From Candidatus Poribacteria bacterium (GTDB lineage: Bacteria; Poribacteria; WGA-4E; PCPOR2b): a DNA stretch of 64,000 bases. The notes beneath the pieces were generated by a model. It saw nothing but the letters and a program-made list of their open reading frames with translations. It did no database searches and was not told where the DNA came from. Every line of letters starts with the position of its first letter. Position 1 is the first letter of the stretch. Location of the stretch: positions 3,584,001-3,648,000 of the forward strand of contig OZ244042.1 of the NCBI GenBank assembly GCA_965215015.1, written 5' to 3'. The translations under genes were made by a program, and so were the position numbers. Below, piece by piece: positions 8,578 to 19,207 of the stretch.

Positions 8578-9039
8578 TTAACATGAGCGACAGACTTTTG
8601 CTACCATAAACCCGATGATTTCATCGCTACTAAAGTTTCCACCTTTGAACTTATCGGGAACCTTGATTTGGAATGCGCCCTTCTTTTTTCGCCGGTATCC
8701 ACAAGTAGGCGCGAAAATACCCCCTTTTCTGATGATACCTTTGAGTCGTGCCCGTTCGGCGTCCCACCGGGCTTCCCGTGCTTGCCGTTCCATGCGATCT
8801 GCCTCCAGTTCCAGTATGCGCCGGTACAGAAACTGATTCTCCTGCTTGAGCAATTCCGTGTCAAGGGTCGGATCAGCTGTGAAAGAGGGTGTGATTTTCT
8901 GTGAGTTTTCAGTGTGAGTAGGTGCACCGTTGTGTGATGGTTCTCCCCGATGTGCTATCAGATCTACCAGCCGAAGCCGCGTCCGATTCTCTATCTTTTC
9001 GGTCCCAATCTGATACCGCTGTATCTGGTCATAGGCCAC
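8578..9039 (-). CDS. Hypothetical coiled-coil protein, possibly a mobile-element remnant
   Basis: 153 aa; ELLKQENQFLYRRILELE coiled coil; its stop falls inside a dispersed repeat. Confidence 0.35.
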   Translation of the reverse strand: MAYDQIQRYQIGTEKIENRTRLRLVDLIAHRGEPSHNGAPTHTENSQKITPSFTADPTLDTELLKQENQFLYRRILELEADRMERQAREARWDAERARLKGIIRKGGIFAPTCGYRRKKKGAFQIKVPDKFKGGNFSSDEIIGFMVAKVCRSC

Positions 9040-9060
9040 TTTCGTGATTCGGATTTGCTT

Positions 9061-9321
9061 TTAGCGTTTAGGAGCAGCAGACCCCCTAATATGCCGGGAT
9101 CGCCGCGCAAATTTGCTAACAGCATCAATAGCACCGAACAACGCGAGCACGACTAGCACAAAAGTGCCAAAGTCAACTATATCCGATTTATCCTGTAGGA
9201 TATTTCCGGTCAGTATACCGGCACAATAAATCACCCCAGTAGAAAGCGAAGGTCGATTCCTAGTAAAAAAAGTCAATGTAAATAGAAAAATGATGATGAA
9301 AAGGGAAATAAAAAAAGGCAA
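9061..9321 (-). CDS. Small hydrophobic membrane protein
   Basis: 86 aa with 2-3 hydrophobic segments; GGGGAG RBS upstream; AT-rich. Confidence 0.35.
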   Translation of the reverse strand: MPFFISLFIIIFLFTLTFFTRNRPSLSTGVIYCAGILTGNILQDKSDIVDFGTFVLVVLALFGAIDAVSKFARRSRHIRGSAAPKR

Positions 9322-9568
9322 AATGTCTCCCCTTTTTTTTGTTCTAGTTGTTTAGATACGAAGAACAAGGTCCACATTCGCAGCCATACGTCCCAGAGGA
9401 ACTACAATTACATTCACAAGAGGTTACATTCTGCGTATGAAGTCTTGAACAATCATCAGAATAACCATCGTTTTCCTACTAGTAAGAGAATAACAGCCAA
9501 AGTCACCACTATCCTAAACCGTCGGATATTCATCCTTACCTCCTTTTAGAATAAGAAATACTTACCAA

Positions 9569-9787
9569 TCATATGCTATCGTAAACGATTTGCTGTTTTT
9601 TGTCAACACTGATGTATGCTGCCAAAAGTCCATCGTCGAGGGTAGGACCATCGAGCCATTGCTCAATCTCCTTTGACCAGTAGCAATAATTCCGCAAAGT
9701 GTTTTCACTTACTCCACTGGTGATTAGGACTTTGGTATCGTCTGAGATAGCCAACCTCCGTTGATTCTTTTCTGCCAACCCATTCAT
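9569..9787 (-). pseudogene. N-terminal remnant of a Cre-like tyrosine recombinase
   Basis: VSENTLRNY...EQWLDGPTLDDGLLAAYI aligns with VSDNTLKAY...EDWLDGRTLDDAVLAEYI of the gene at 23392. RBS GGAGG is intact; the ORF ends after about 70 aa. Confidence 0.8.
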
Positions 9788-9985
9788 TGTGAACCTCCAA
9801 TAGTGTCCATTAATAGGTATATTTGATATGAAACGAAAAATCAAGCCGTTTTTGAACGCGAACCATGTAGGAGTATCGGCTTCACAGGTGATGAGGGGTT
9901 ACACAATCTGTTTAATTAGCGAGATGCTTTTGACTTGTCCTTCCAAAGGAATTCTGCTATTCTCTATTAAGAGGAGGCTAGATCT

Positions 9986-10951
9986 ATGAAAGTTTTACTG
10001 AGACAACGCGACCTTTCGGACGAATATATCCAGTTTGCTGCACAGATTGGGGCTGACGGGTTTGATATCCATAATGCCGAAAGCATCCCTGGATTGGTAG
10101 AACAGGGTTATCCAGATTTAGAACAACTGACAAAGTTAAAAGAGAAAGTCAACGCCGCTGGACTTAACATCTACCGTGTCGCACCCGCTGAACCCCAGAA
10201 ATTTCTGACGGGCAAACCGGGCGGCGAGGAGGAACTCGACAATCTGTGCAAGTCGCTTGAAATCTTTGGTGGCGCCGGAATTCCCTTTATGTCGATGCCC
10301 GTGCATCTAGCACAAACCCCGGAACATCGAGATGCAAATCCGGGATACCGAGGTGGATATACCAAACCCCTCCGGGGCGATTATACGTTCGGTGGATTTG
10401 ATGTCGAGTTGATGAAGCAAAGCATCGCGGAGAAACCGCTTGAACCTTTCTCTGTTGAAAAGCATTGGGAACGGTGTGTGCAGATGTATCAACGGCTCGT
10501 TCCACTTGCTGAGAAATTCGATGTAAAACTCATTATCCACCCATCGGATCCGCCGCTGCCGGAGACCGAATTCTCACCGAAACGCTGGGCTGCCATCCTC
10601 AACGCGGTGCCAAGTGATCACAGCGGCCTGCTCTACTGCATCGGCACCTGCTATGAGTCAGGTGTAGACATCTTCGAGAATATCCGCCATTTTGGGAAGA
10701 AAGGAAAAATCTTCCACACCCATTTCCGCAATGTGCAGGGAACGATCTCGACGGGCGGATATATGGAGGTTGCCCTCGACGATGGCGACATGAATATGTT
10801 CAAAATCCTTCAGACCCTAAAAGAGATTGGGTTTGATGGCGGCTTACAGATCGATCATCTACCGAACTACATTGGCGATGTGGAGCAACGAGCAGCTTCA
10901 GCCTATGCAGTGGCTTATGTGAAAGCGTTATTAAGAGCACTTGAAGCTTAA
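9986..10951 (+). CDS. Mannonate dehydratase (UxuA)-like TIM-barrel enzyme
   Basis: IIHPSDPP, HTHFRNV, GDMNM and IDH motifs. Confidence 0.8.
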   Translation: MKVLLRQRDLSDEYIQFAAQIGADGFDIHNAESIPGLVEQGYPDLEQLTKLKEKVNAAGLNIYRVAPAEPQKFLTGKPGGEEELDNLCKSLEIFGGAGIPFMSMPVHLAQTPEHRDANPGYRGGYTKPLRGDYTFGGFDVELMKQSIAEKPLEPFSVEKHWERCVQMYQRLVPLAEKFDVKLIIHPSDPPLPETEFSPKRWAAILNAVPSDHSGLLYCIGTCYESGVDIFENIRHFGKKGKIFHTHFRNVQGTISTGGYMEVALDDGDMNMFKILQTLKEIGFDGGLQIDHLPNYIGDVEQRAASAYAVAYVKALLRALEA

Positions 10952-11034
10952 CTGTAGAGCATCAACTCCCATTTTATCGATGGCGTCCCTACCAACGGAT
11001 GTTATAATATGATCTTTACCTATAGGAGTATGCA

Positions 11035-12042
11035 ATGAATCGACCCCCAGAAACTTTTGTGAGTGTGCAGGAGGACCGCCTCCTCACTTTTAGTACCGCC
11101 TGTTTTGAGAAGGCGGGCCTGTCGCATGACCACGCAGTACTGATCAGCCGCTTACTCGTCAACTCAGACCTTCGCGGGGTACGGAGTCACGGTACGCGAA
11201 CGGTCAATGGCTACTGTAGCGGCTTTGAAAACGGAGATATGAATCCTCAACCCCATATCCGCCTAATTCACGAAACCCCGACAGCTGTTGTTCTGGATGG
11301 CGATGGAACGCTCGGCTACCTTCCAATGGTCAGGGCAACTGAGGGAGCAATCGCCAAAGCGAAGGAGGTCGGGTTGGGCATGGGGCTCGTACGGCACATC
11401 GGACACTACGGCTCGGCAGGACACTACGCGCGGATGTGTGTGGATGCGGGTTGTGTCGGCTTCTCTGTTCAAGGCTATCAGGGCCTAGGCAATGCGAGTA
11501 GCAGCGATCCCAAGCCACAACTCGGTTACTTCGGCAACCCTCCCATCTGCTTCGCGATTCCTGGCGGGGATGAACCATCTGTGGTGCTCGACGCGGCGAC
11601 CAGTATCATGGCGGACTATCAGCGTGGGGAGGGGTTTGATGCACTTCTTTCCCTCATCCCGGCTGCTTTTTTTAAAAGTGTGGGTTATACTGCGGTCGCA
11701 GGCCTCTTGGGTGGTGGATTGACAGGATATACTCTTCCTGACGATGAGGGGATTGGCGAACGTTGGCCCGGCGGGGCACGGTTGGGGGGTATGGTTCTCG
11801 CTATCCATGTGGACGCTGTTGTGCCCGAAGCTGTTTTTCGTGCCGAAACCGATCGGATGGTGCGAGACGTGCGGGAGACATACGAACCGATGCCCGGCTA
11901 CGATCGGGCGTTGCTGCCCGGCGGAATTGAAGAAGAGCGGTTTGAGATACACCGCCGTAATGGCATCCGTTACGGTGAGATGGAGCAGGAATCAGCCCGT
12001 GAAGTCAGTAACCGTCTCGGCGTTCCGCTGCCGTGGGATTGA
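11035..12042 (+). CDS. Ldh_2 family (malate/L-sulfolactate/ureidoglycolate-type) dehydrogenase
   Basis: SDLRGVRSHG, HYGSAG, GNPPICFA and LLPG motifs. Confidence 0.88.
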   Translation: MNRPPETFVSVQEDRLLTFSTACFEKAGLSHDHAVLISRLLVNSDLRGVRSHGTRTVNGYCSGFENGDMNPQPHIRLIHETPTAVVLDGDGTLGYLPMVRATEGAIAKAKEVGLGMGLVRHIGHYGSAGHYARMCVDAGCVGFSVQGYQGLGNASSSDPKPQLGYFGNPPICFAIPGGDEPSVVLDAATSIMADYQRGEGFDALLSLIPAAFFKSVGYTAVAGLLGGGLTGYTLPDDEGIGERWPGGARLGGMVLAIHVDAVVPEAVFRAETDRMVRDVRETYEPMPGYDRALLPGGIEEERFEIHRRNGIRYGEMEQESAREVSNRLGVPLPWD

Positions 12043-12145
12043 TCTCGAGGAGTAAACTAACAGGACAGGCGAGCGAGCAGATGCCGTTCTCCTGTCTTTG
12101 CGTTGTCACTATTGGCGTTAAGTCATTTTGTCAGGAGAAGAACCT

Positions 12146-13099
12146 ATGGAACCACTTCGTATTGGATTTATTGGTGCCGGTGGCTTTGCCAGACACACTA
12201 TCTATCCGGCGTTACACCTTGCCCCCGTTGCACTACAAGCGGTCTGTGATGTGGATGAAGCAAAAGCGAAAGATGCCGCGGGAAAATTTGGCACGGGGCG
12301 TTGGTACACAGACCGACATAAAATGTGGGAACAGGAAGACCTTGAGGCACTCGTCATCTGTATGAGGCCAGACCCACGTCAACCCCTCGTTCGTGAAGCC
12401 TTGGAAGCCGGCTATCACGTCTTTGTTCCCAAGCCGCCTGCCCCATCTTTGGCGGATGCCACTGAACTCGCGGAGACCGCTGACCAGACTGGCAAGACGT
12501 TGATGATCAACTTTCAGCGGCGGTTTAGCTTGGGTGTCAGTCGTGCTAAAGAGATTATGGCGCGGGAGTCCTTTGGCCAATTGACGCAACTTTTCTGCTC
12601 CTTCTGTAGCGGCACCTATCAGACAGTACAATGGTATCTTTTGGATTTCGCTATTCATCATTTTGATCTCGCACAGTACATCGCTGGGCCGGCAAAAGAG
12701 ATTGCTGTTTTCCACAACGAGGTAGGTGGGCAAGGATCTTTCGCAGTCGCAGTAGAATTTGAGAACGGCGCGGTTGGAAACCTCCAACTGAATAGCCAGC
12801 GGCTCTGGAGGCGTAACTATGATCGGATTGAAATCACGGGACAGGGTGAGTACATTGTCCTTGATGGACTATGGGAGATTGCTCATTACGCTGAATCCCA
12901 GAACATTTTTACGGATAACTTCAGTGACCAACGCAATGGCGAATTGACCGGCGATGGTCATAGCTTAACGGAGTTTGTCAATGCTATCCGTGAAAATCGT
13001 GAGCCGATAGCGAGTATCAACGATTGTTTGAAGTCGATGCGGTTGTACGAAGCGGTTTTAGAAAGGCGAAAGGGAATTATCACGCTGAACGATTGGTAG
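12146..13099 (+). CDS. Gfo/Idh/MocA oxidoreductase
   Basis: RIGFIGAG, HVFVPKP, FQRRF and D..IH..D. Start moved to the ATG after AGGAG. Confidence 0.9.
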   Translation: MEPLRIGFIGAGGFARHTIYPALHLAPVALQAVCDVDEAKAKDAAGKFGTGRWYTDRHKMWEQEDLEALVICMRPDPRQPLVREALEAGYHVFVPKPPAPSLADATELAETADQTGKTLMINFQRRFSLGVSRAKEIMARESFGQLTQLFCSFCSGTYQTVQWYLLDFAIHHFDLAQYIAGPAKEIAVFHNEVGGQGSFAVAVEFENGAVGNLQLNSQRLWRRNYDRIEITGQGEYIVLDGLWEIAHYAESQNIFTDNFSDQRNGELTGDGHSLTEFVNAIRENREPIASINDCLKSMRLYEAVLERRKGIITLNDW

Positions 13100-13204
13100 G
13101 GGTTCGCTAGGCAAACAGGTTTACATGCGCTTACCCCAATCGTTCAGCGTCAAAAGGAGAGGTTCTATATGGCGGTCACGATTCGAGAATAGTGAGGTAA
13201 TGTA

Positions 13205-14290
13205 ATGAACCATACAATTCTCTACAAACGAGAAGGGTTTTACGCTGGTTTTCCTGTCCTAACTCATCTCCCCGACGGGCGATTGACGGTAGGAATTCCG
13301 GTATCGCCGTTCCATGACCACTACGCGATTGGTGATTGGGTGGTGCTGCTGTCGGAGGACGAGGGGGAAACGTGGCAGCAGGCCGATGATCCGACACTTC
13401 CCCACAACTGGCCCGGGACATCGCCGCGTGAGAAATATGACAGATTTGCCGCCGTGATGCCAGATGGCACATATCTCTGTGCTGGTTCAGTAGGTTGGCA
13501 GGTTTATTCAGCGAAACAACGGTCAGACGTAGAAGCACAGGGGCTAGTTGTACGCCCACACCCAAACGATAAGCGAGCAATCTTGGTAGGTGGAAAAAAG
13601 CTGTTCGTCCAACGCTCGACTGACAAAGGGCAGACATGGCAACGGCAGGAGTGGACTGTGCCCGGTGTTGACCATTTCACAGCGTTTCCACGTTCAGCGT
13701 GGCTGGAGGACGGTACAATCCTTGTCCCTGTCTACGGCTCCGACCCCGATGCCCAGTGGCGTACCTACATCTGGCTGTCAATGGATGGAGGAGGGACGTG
13801 GCGTTGGTTGACGATGGGCTCTTATGTAACGGGGGTTGACGGTAACGAAACGACACTTCTGGAAGTTTCCCCCGGTTGTGTCCTCGCCCATACGCGGACG
13901 GAGGGCAGCTACTTATTGGAGACGTGGTCCGATGACGGTGGACGAACGTGGTCGCAACCGTTACGGACGCCCATCTGGGGGTATCCGCCACACCTGTTGA
14001 AACTCCGAGATGGACGGATACTGTGTTCGTTTGGATATCGCCGTGAACCGATGGGTGTGCGTGCGGTCCTGAGTCATGATGGCGGGGTTACGTGGGATAT
14101 GGACAACGTTATTATTCTGCGAGACGATGGTGGGACACCTAGCGAATTCCGATCTGATACGGAGCGTGGGGGTGCTGATGTTGGCTATCCAATCTCCACC
14201 CAGCTGTCCGATGGGAGCATTTTGACAGCTTATTATATCACGTTGGCGGATGGCGTAACACACTCTGTGGCGACGCGCTGGGAGGTTTAA
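13205..14290 (+). CDS. Sialidase-like BNR/Asp-box beta-propeller protein
   Basis: Five Asp-boxes (SEDEGETW, STDKGQTW, SMDGGGTW, SDDGGRTW, SHDGGVTW) and DVGYP. Confidence 0.88.
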   Translation: MNHTILYKREGFYAGFPVLTHLPDGRLTVGIPVSPFHDHYAIGDWVVLLSEDEGETWQQADDPTLPHNWPGTSPREKYDRFAAVMPDGTYLCAGSVGWQVYSAKQRSDVEAQGLVVRPHPNDKRAILVGGKKLFVQRSTDKGQTWQRQEWTVPGVDHFTAFPRSAWLEDGTILVPVYGSDPDAQWRTYIWLSMDGGGTWRWLTMGSYVTGVDGNETTLLEVSPGCVLAHTRTEGSYLLETWSDDGGRTWSQPLRTPIWGYPPHLLKLRDGRILCSFGYRREPMGVRAVLSHDGGVTWDMDNVIILRDDGGTPSEFRSDTERGGADVGYPISTQLSDGSILTAYYITLADGVTHSVATRWEV

Positions 14291-14682
14291 TATATGAAAA
14301 CGCGAAAACGGGATAACTCAGGGGTATAATGTTTCGCCCTATTTTCCTGATATTCGTCCTTGTGTGAACCTATGTTATCATTTTATAAGGAAAGTGCACT
14401 CACGGAAAGGCAGCGCAAACGCAAACCCGGACGCCTCCGCCATTTGGTCTATTCCAAACTCTTCAACTTGAAAGTAATCCCCAAAATGTGAGGACAGATC
14501 GACGCCGCAGCTGAACGATATAATATGAGTGGCACCGAACTCGTTCCCACCTATAGTATCGAAATTGGGTCGCCCCAACTCAAAGGGCGTATGAAAAAGT
14601 GAGAACGGCGAGGGACATTAGAGCAGACTTGTAAGCTCCGATTAGAGTATAGGGACAACAAAACCGGAACCTGATTTAACGG

Positions 14683-15645
14683 ATGGAGACACTCGCGATG
14701 CTAATTCAAGAACAGCTACCTTGGACTCACATGGACGATGAGAATCTGAGCATATTCAAAGCCATTGGCGTGGACTATGTTACGATTAACCCACCACCGT
14801 CGGAACTCAAAGATGGGGTAGATCGTGCCGATTTCTGGAAGGAAATGAGTCGGCGCGTTGATTCCCACGGAATGAAATTGGATAACGTGGGCATGAACTG
14901 TTGGGATGAGATTTCACTTGCCTTGCCAAACCGGGACCAAAAGATTGATGCGTGGTGCACAATGATTCGGAACCTCGGTGCCGCAGGAATCCGTACCTTG
15001 GGTTACAACTTCAAACCCATCGGAAATTTTCGTACCGCCTCGACAGTTGGACGCGGCGGTGCCCGCTATAGTACCTTCGATTATGATGAGTTCATGCAGG
15101 ATCCGGCGGACGTTCCCGAAAAATATATCTCCGAAGAGCAACTGCTGGAGAATTTGTGCTATTTCCTTACCCGTATCGTTCCAGTGGCGGAGGAAGCGGG
15201 GGTTAAACTCGCCATGCATCCGGATGATCCACCCATCCCGGAACCGCTGGGCGGCGCAGCTCGAATCCTCTCGACCCTCAATCATTTCGAGCGCACGTTC
15301 AACACAGTTCCTAGCGAGATGAACGCCATGCTGTTTTGTCAGGGATGTGTTCGTGAAATGGGGGAAGACGTGCCTTCTGCGATTCGACGCATCGGTTCGC
15401 AGAACAAAATCGCTTACGTCCACTTTCGCAACATTCGAGGCACCCCCAAGAGTTTCCAAGAGGTGTTTGTGGATGAGGGAGATGTGGATATGTATGAGGC
15501 GATGCAGACCTATCGGGAGGTAGGCTTTGAAGGGCCCTTCATGATGGACCACACGCCCAGTTTTCCGCAAGAGAACACGCAATGGGCGGGCAGAGCTTTC
15601 GCTGTCGGTTACATCCGATCGATGATTCAAGCGGTTTATCGTTAA
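14683..15645 (+). CDS. uxuA: Mannonate dehydratase
   Basis: YNF, VPVAEEAGVKLAMHPDDPP, FCQG, HFRNI and MDH motifs. Confidence 0.85.
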   Translation: METLAMLIQEQLPWTHMDDENLSIFKAIGVDYVTINPPPSELKDGVDRADFWKEMSRRVDSHGMKLDNVGMNCWDEISLALPNRDQKIDAWCTMIRNLGAAGIRTLGYNFKPIGNFRTASTVGRGGARYSTFDYDEFMQDPADVPEKYISEEQLLENLCYFLTRIVPVAEEAGVKLAMHPDDPPIPEPLGGAARILSTLNHFERTFNTVPSEMNAMLFCQGCVREMGEDVPSAIRRIGSQNKIAYVHFRNIRGTPKSFQEVFVDEGDVDMYEAMQTYREVGFEGPFMMDHTPSFPQENTQWAGRAFAVGYIRSMIQAVYR

Positions 15646-15747
15646 AACAGGTATCAATCTTTGGTGCGAGTTGGTGGGGCTGTCGTTTCCACAGCGTTCA
15701 ACAGTTGCAAACTCGCACTATTGGGTATCAGTAAGAGGTAAGTTAAG

Positions 15748-17484
15748 ATGAAAATAGATCCAATAACCCTCGCCGTGATTCGTGGTAGCTTAGAACAAAT
15801 TGCGGACGAGATGGACGCCACCCTTGAACGGATGGCGTTTTCGCCTGTAATCTCCGATGGCTTTGACCGAGCTAGCGGTATCTACGATAAAACCAACGGT
15901 GAGGTCATCATGCAAGGACCGCGTGGGCTGCCAAGTTTCATTTATGTCATGGAATTTACCACCCGCACGGTGATTGAATCAATTGAGAACATCACGCCGG
16001 GCGACATCTACATCGTAAATGACCCCTACTTGGGTGGTACGCATTTGATGGATGTGAAGATGGTCAAGCCTGTTTTCTATAAAGGAAAACTGACCGCCTT
16101 TCTCGCCAATAGCGGACATTGGCCCGACATCGGAGGACGGGTGCCCGGCGGATTCTCAAGCAAAGCCACCGAGATTTATCAAGAAGGGCTTCGCCTCCCA
16201 CCAATACGGATTCTGGACAGGGGCAAACTGAACAGAGAAGTGCTTGACATCATCCTACACAATGTGCGGGTGCCAGATGAACGGCAAGGGGATATTATCG
16301 CACAGGTGACCGCTCTCAATCTTGGTGCTGAACGGTTGATTCGGTTACTTGACCGCTATGGGGTGGAGACGGTCTTTGGTGCTATCGCAGAGTTGAGAGC
16401 GCGTTCCGAACAGTTGATGCGGAGCCATATTGAGACCATTCCGGATGGGACATATACATTTGAAGATCATATCGACAGCGACGGTGTAGAGTGGAAACCG
16501 CTCACCATCCACATGGAGATGGTGGTGAAGGGTAGCGATGTCCATATTGACTTCTCCAAGAGCAGCCCGCCTTGTAAAGGGCCACTTAACAGCGTCCTTA
16601 GCACCACTATCGCTGGGGTCTACATCGGCTTCAAGCACATCTTCCCCGATGTCCCCATCAATGCGGGGTGTTTCGCCCCCTTCTCCTTTGATTTACCTGC
16701 CACAACTTTTATCAACGCCCAACTGCCCCGTCCCGTGTCCGGATGTGCCTCTGAGGTCTGTCAGCGTATCATTGATGTGGTATTGGGTGCACTCAGTCAG
16801 GCGATCCCCGACAAGAGCTACGCCGCACCGATGGGGACGGTGACGAATCTTTCTGTGGGTGGGGAAGATCCGGAGAAGGGATATTATGTATTCTATTCTT
16901 TCATCGGCGGTGGATATGGCGGAAATTATCTGACCGATGGGCTTATCAACGGCAACCCAACCATTGCCCTCGCTCGAACCCAAGCCTTGGAAATTTTTGA
17001 ATCTCGCTACCCTGTTCTCTTTACCCAGTATACCATACGGGAAGAATCGGGGGGGGCGGGTATGCGTCGGGGTGGTCTCGGCGTGATCTTTGAATTTCAG
17101 ATTCGGCGGGGCGAGGCGAGTGCTTCGATGCTTGGAGAGCGGGGACGTTTTGCACCGTTCGGAATCCTCGGCGGTAAATCCGCAAAATCAGCAAAACACA
17201 CCTTCATTCTGCAAGGGGAGGAGTACAACCCACCCCACATCAGCAAAGATGAGGGGATTCCCATGCAGGCAGGTGACATCCTACGACTGGAGACGCCGGG
17301 TGGAGGGGGGTATGGTCTACCCATAGATCGCCCGCCGGAATTGGTCCTACGGGATGTCAAACATGGCTACTACAATCGGAAAACTGCGGAAGAAGAGTAT
17401 GGCGTCCTGATTGAGGGAAAGGATGGAACAGTTGACCCCGAAGGAACGGCACGATTGCGTGCTTCTCTCCGCGCTCAACAATGA
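15748..17484 (+). CDS. Hydantoinase B / oxoprolinase family protein
   Basis: NDPYLGGTHLMD, HWPDIGG, EIYQEGL, SGGAG..RGG and ETPGGGGYG motifs. Confidence 0.93.
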   Translation: MKIDPITLAVIRGSLEQIADEMDATLERMAFSPVISDGFDRASGIYDKTNGEVIMQGPRGLPSFIYVMEFTTRTVIESIENITPGDIYIVNDPYLGGTHLMDVKMVKPVFYKGKLTAFLANSGHWPDIGGRVPGGFSSKATEIYQEGLRLPPIRILDRGKLNREVLDIILHNVRVPDERQGDIIAQVTALNLGAERLIRLLDRYGVETVFGAIAELRARSEQLMRSHIETIPDGTYTFEDHIDSDGVEWKPLTIHMEMVVKGSDVHIDFSKSSPPCKGPLNSVLSTTIAGVYIGFKHIFPDVPINAGCFAPFSFDLPATTFINAQLPRPVSGCASEVCQRIIDVVLGALSQAIPDKSYAAPMGTVTNLSVGGEDPEKGYYVFYSFIGGGYGGNYLTDGLINGNPTIALARTQALEIFESRYPVLFTQYTIREESGGAGMRRGGLGVIFEFQIRRGEASASMLGERGRFAPFGILGGKSAKSAKHTFILQGEEYNPPHISKDEGIPMQAGDILRLETPGGGGYGLPIDRPPELVLRDVKHGYYNRKTAEEEYGVLIEGKDGTVDPEGTARLRASLRAQQ

Positions 17485-17502
17485 GAAATGAGATCACTGT
17501 AA

Positions 17503-19155
17503 ATGCCGACACTCGATAGCCAAAAACACCATAAACAGTTGTGCGATAGTTCCGGGCGGGTTGAGCCAAGATTATCGCGCAAGCGTCCTGGTATTTTCCA
17601 CTGGTTGCCCGCCGCTATCATCGTTACCTTGACTATTTCAGCAATTATACTGCTTTGGAGCGTAGACGCACCCCACCGCCAATGGCGGGTTTTTTATACG
17701 GTATTGGCCTTGCTGCTTTCGTTCCTGCTGATGCTGCTGTGGCTGCTCTTCTTCTCACGTCTGCGGTGGAAAATCCGGCTACTTGCGTTTGGGGCGATTG
17801 TTCTGATTCTCCTCTTTTCGACTGCTCTGCTTCGCCTAAAAGGATTTAGCGGGGACTTAGTGCCACTGCTGGAATGGCGTTGGGGTGGAAAGGCCGTTGA
17901 ATCTTTGATAGGAAGTGCTCCAACTACTTTGGGAGCGTTTTCAAAAGATTACCCCCAATTTCTTGGACCACGTCGTAATGGGACTGTTCAGGGGATAAAA
18001 CTAGCGCGGGATTGGTTGAAACGTCCGCCGCAGCTTTTATGGCGACAACCCATCGGTGCCGGTTGGTCGGCTTTCGCTGTGGTTGGAAGTTCAGCAGTCA
18101 CCCAAGAGCAGCGCGGCGAATATGAAATGGTCGTCTGTTACGACCTACATTCCGGCCAAGAGCAATGGAGCCATAGCGACCATGACAGATATGAAGCAGT
18201 ACCTGCCGGTGTGGGTCCCCGCGCAACGCCAACAATCGTGGAAGATAAGGTATATACGCTAGGCGCGACGGGTATCCTCAATTGTTTGAATTTGGCAACC
18301 GGGGAGCGTATTTGGTCGGAGGATATCCTCTATGACAACAACGCTGAGGTTGCGTCGTGGGGGATGAGTGGGTCCCCGCTCGTTCTGGATGACCTCGTGG
18401 TGGTGAGTGCAGGGGGGCGAGAAGGCAAGTCTCTAGTCGCCTATCACAAGGATACAGGCGAGCGCATTTGGAGGGGAGGTAGCGGCCCGGCGGGGTATAG
18501 CTCTCCGCTGATTACAACGCTCGCAGGTGTGCCTCAAATCCTTATTTTTAATTATGGAAGTGTGGCTGCCCATGACCCGAACGGCGGGCAAATCCTCTGG
18601 CAGCACGCCTGGCCCAAGAGCACCGAATGTGTCGCTCAACCGGTGCCGCTGCCGGAAGATCGCGTCTTCGTCTCAAGTGGTTACGGTATTGGCTGCAAGC
18701 TTTTCCAAATTGCCCGTGACGAAGATAATCGATTGAGAGCTACTCTCATGTGGGAAACGCCTCGACTCAAAGCGAAGTTTACAAACGTTGTTCAGCGAGA
18801 TGGGTATATCTACGGGCTAGACGATGGCGTGCTTGTGTGTCTTGATCTCGCCAACGGTCAGCGCAAGTGGAAGCGTGGTCGTTACGGGCATGGGCAGATG
18901 GTATTAGTTGATACCGCCTCTTTTCCCCCCGCTGGCAGGGGGAAAGGGAGCGGTAGAGATCAGAGCGGTCTATTGCTTGTGAGTGCAGAGTCCGGCGATA
19001 TTCTCTTAGTTGAAGTCAACCCAAATGAGAGCAAAGAGCTGACACGCTTCCCTGCACTAGCGGACAAAACGTGGAATAACCCCGCACTCGCTGGGCAATA
19101 TCTGCTTGTGAGAAACGATAAGGAAGCGGCATGTTACGAGTTGCCTCTAGAATGA
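17503..19155 (+). CDS. Membrane-anchored PQQ-like beta-propeller protein
   Basis: Three N-terminal TM helices, then YPQFLGPRRNG, GPRATPT, GYSSP and TWNNPAL. Confidence 0.88.
   Translation: MPTLDSQKHHKQLCDSSGRVEPRLSRKRPGIFHWLPAAIIVTLTISAIILLWSVDAPHRQWRVFYTVLALLLSFLLMLLWLLFFSRLRWKIRLLAFGAIVLILLFSTALLRLKGFSGDLVPLLEWRWGGKAVESLIGSAPTTLGAFSKDYPQFLGPRRNGTVQGIKLARDWLKRPPQLLWRQPIGAGWSAFAVVGSSAVTQEQRGEYEMVVCYDLHSGQEQWSHSDHDRYEAVPAGVGPRATPTIVEDKVYTLGATGILNCLNLATGERIWSEDILYDNNAEVASWGMSGSPLVLDDLVVVSAGGREGKSLVAYHKDTGERIWRGGSGPAGYSSPLITTLAGVPQILIFNYGSVAAHDPNGGQILWQHAWPKSTECVAQPVPLPEDRVFVSSGYGIGCKLFQIARDEDNRLRATLMWETPRLKAKFTNVVQRDGYIYGLDDGVLVCLDLANGQRKWKRGRYGHGQMVLVDTASFPPAGRGKGSGRDQSGLLLVSAESGDILLVEVNPNESKELTRFPALADKTWNNPALAGQYLLVRNDKEAACYELPLE
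18912..18955. repeat. Palindromic element inside the coding sequence
   Basis: taccgcctcttttccccccgc-tg-gcagggggaaagggagcggta hairpin, related to the CCCCGCAAGCGGGG family. Confidence 0.65.
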
Positions 19156-19207
19156 CTGCCGTTTACATTGGAAACGGTGCTTTACAATCGCTGAAGGCAG
19201 GTAAAAT

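Noticed and set aside
14378-14578. 66-aa minus-strand ORF between catabolic genes
   Set aside because: No RBS or recognisable motif; it may be a gene fragment but cannot be supported.
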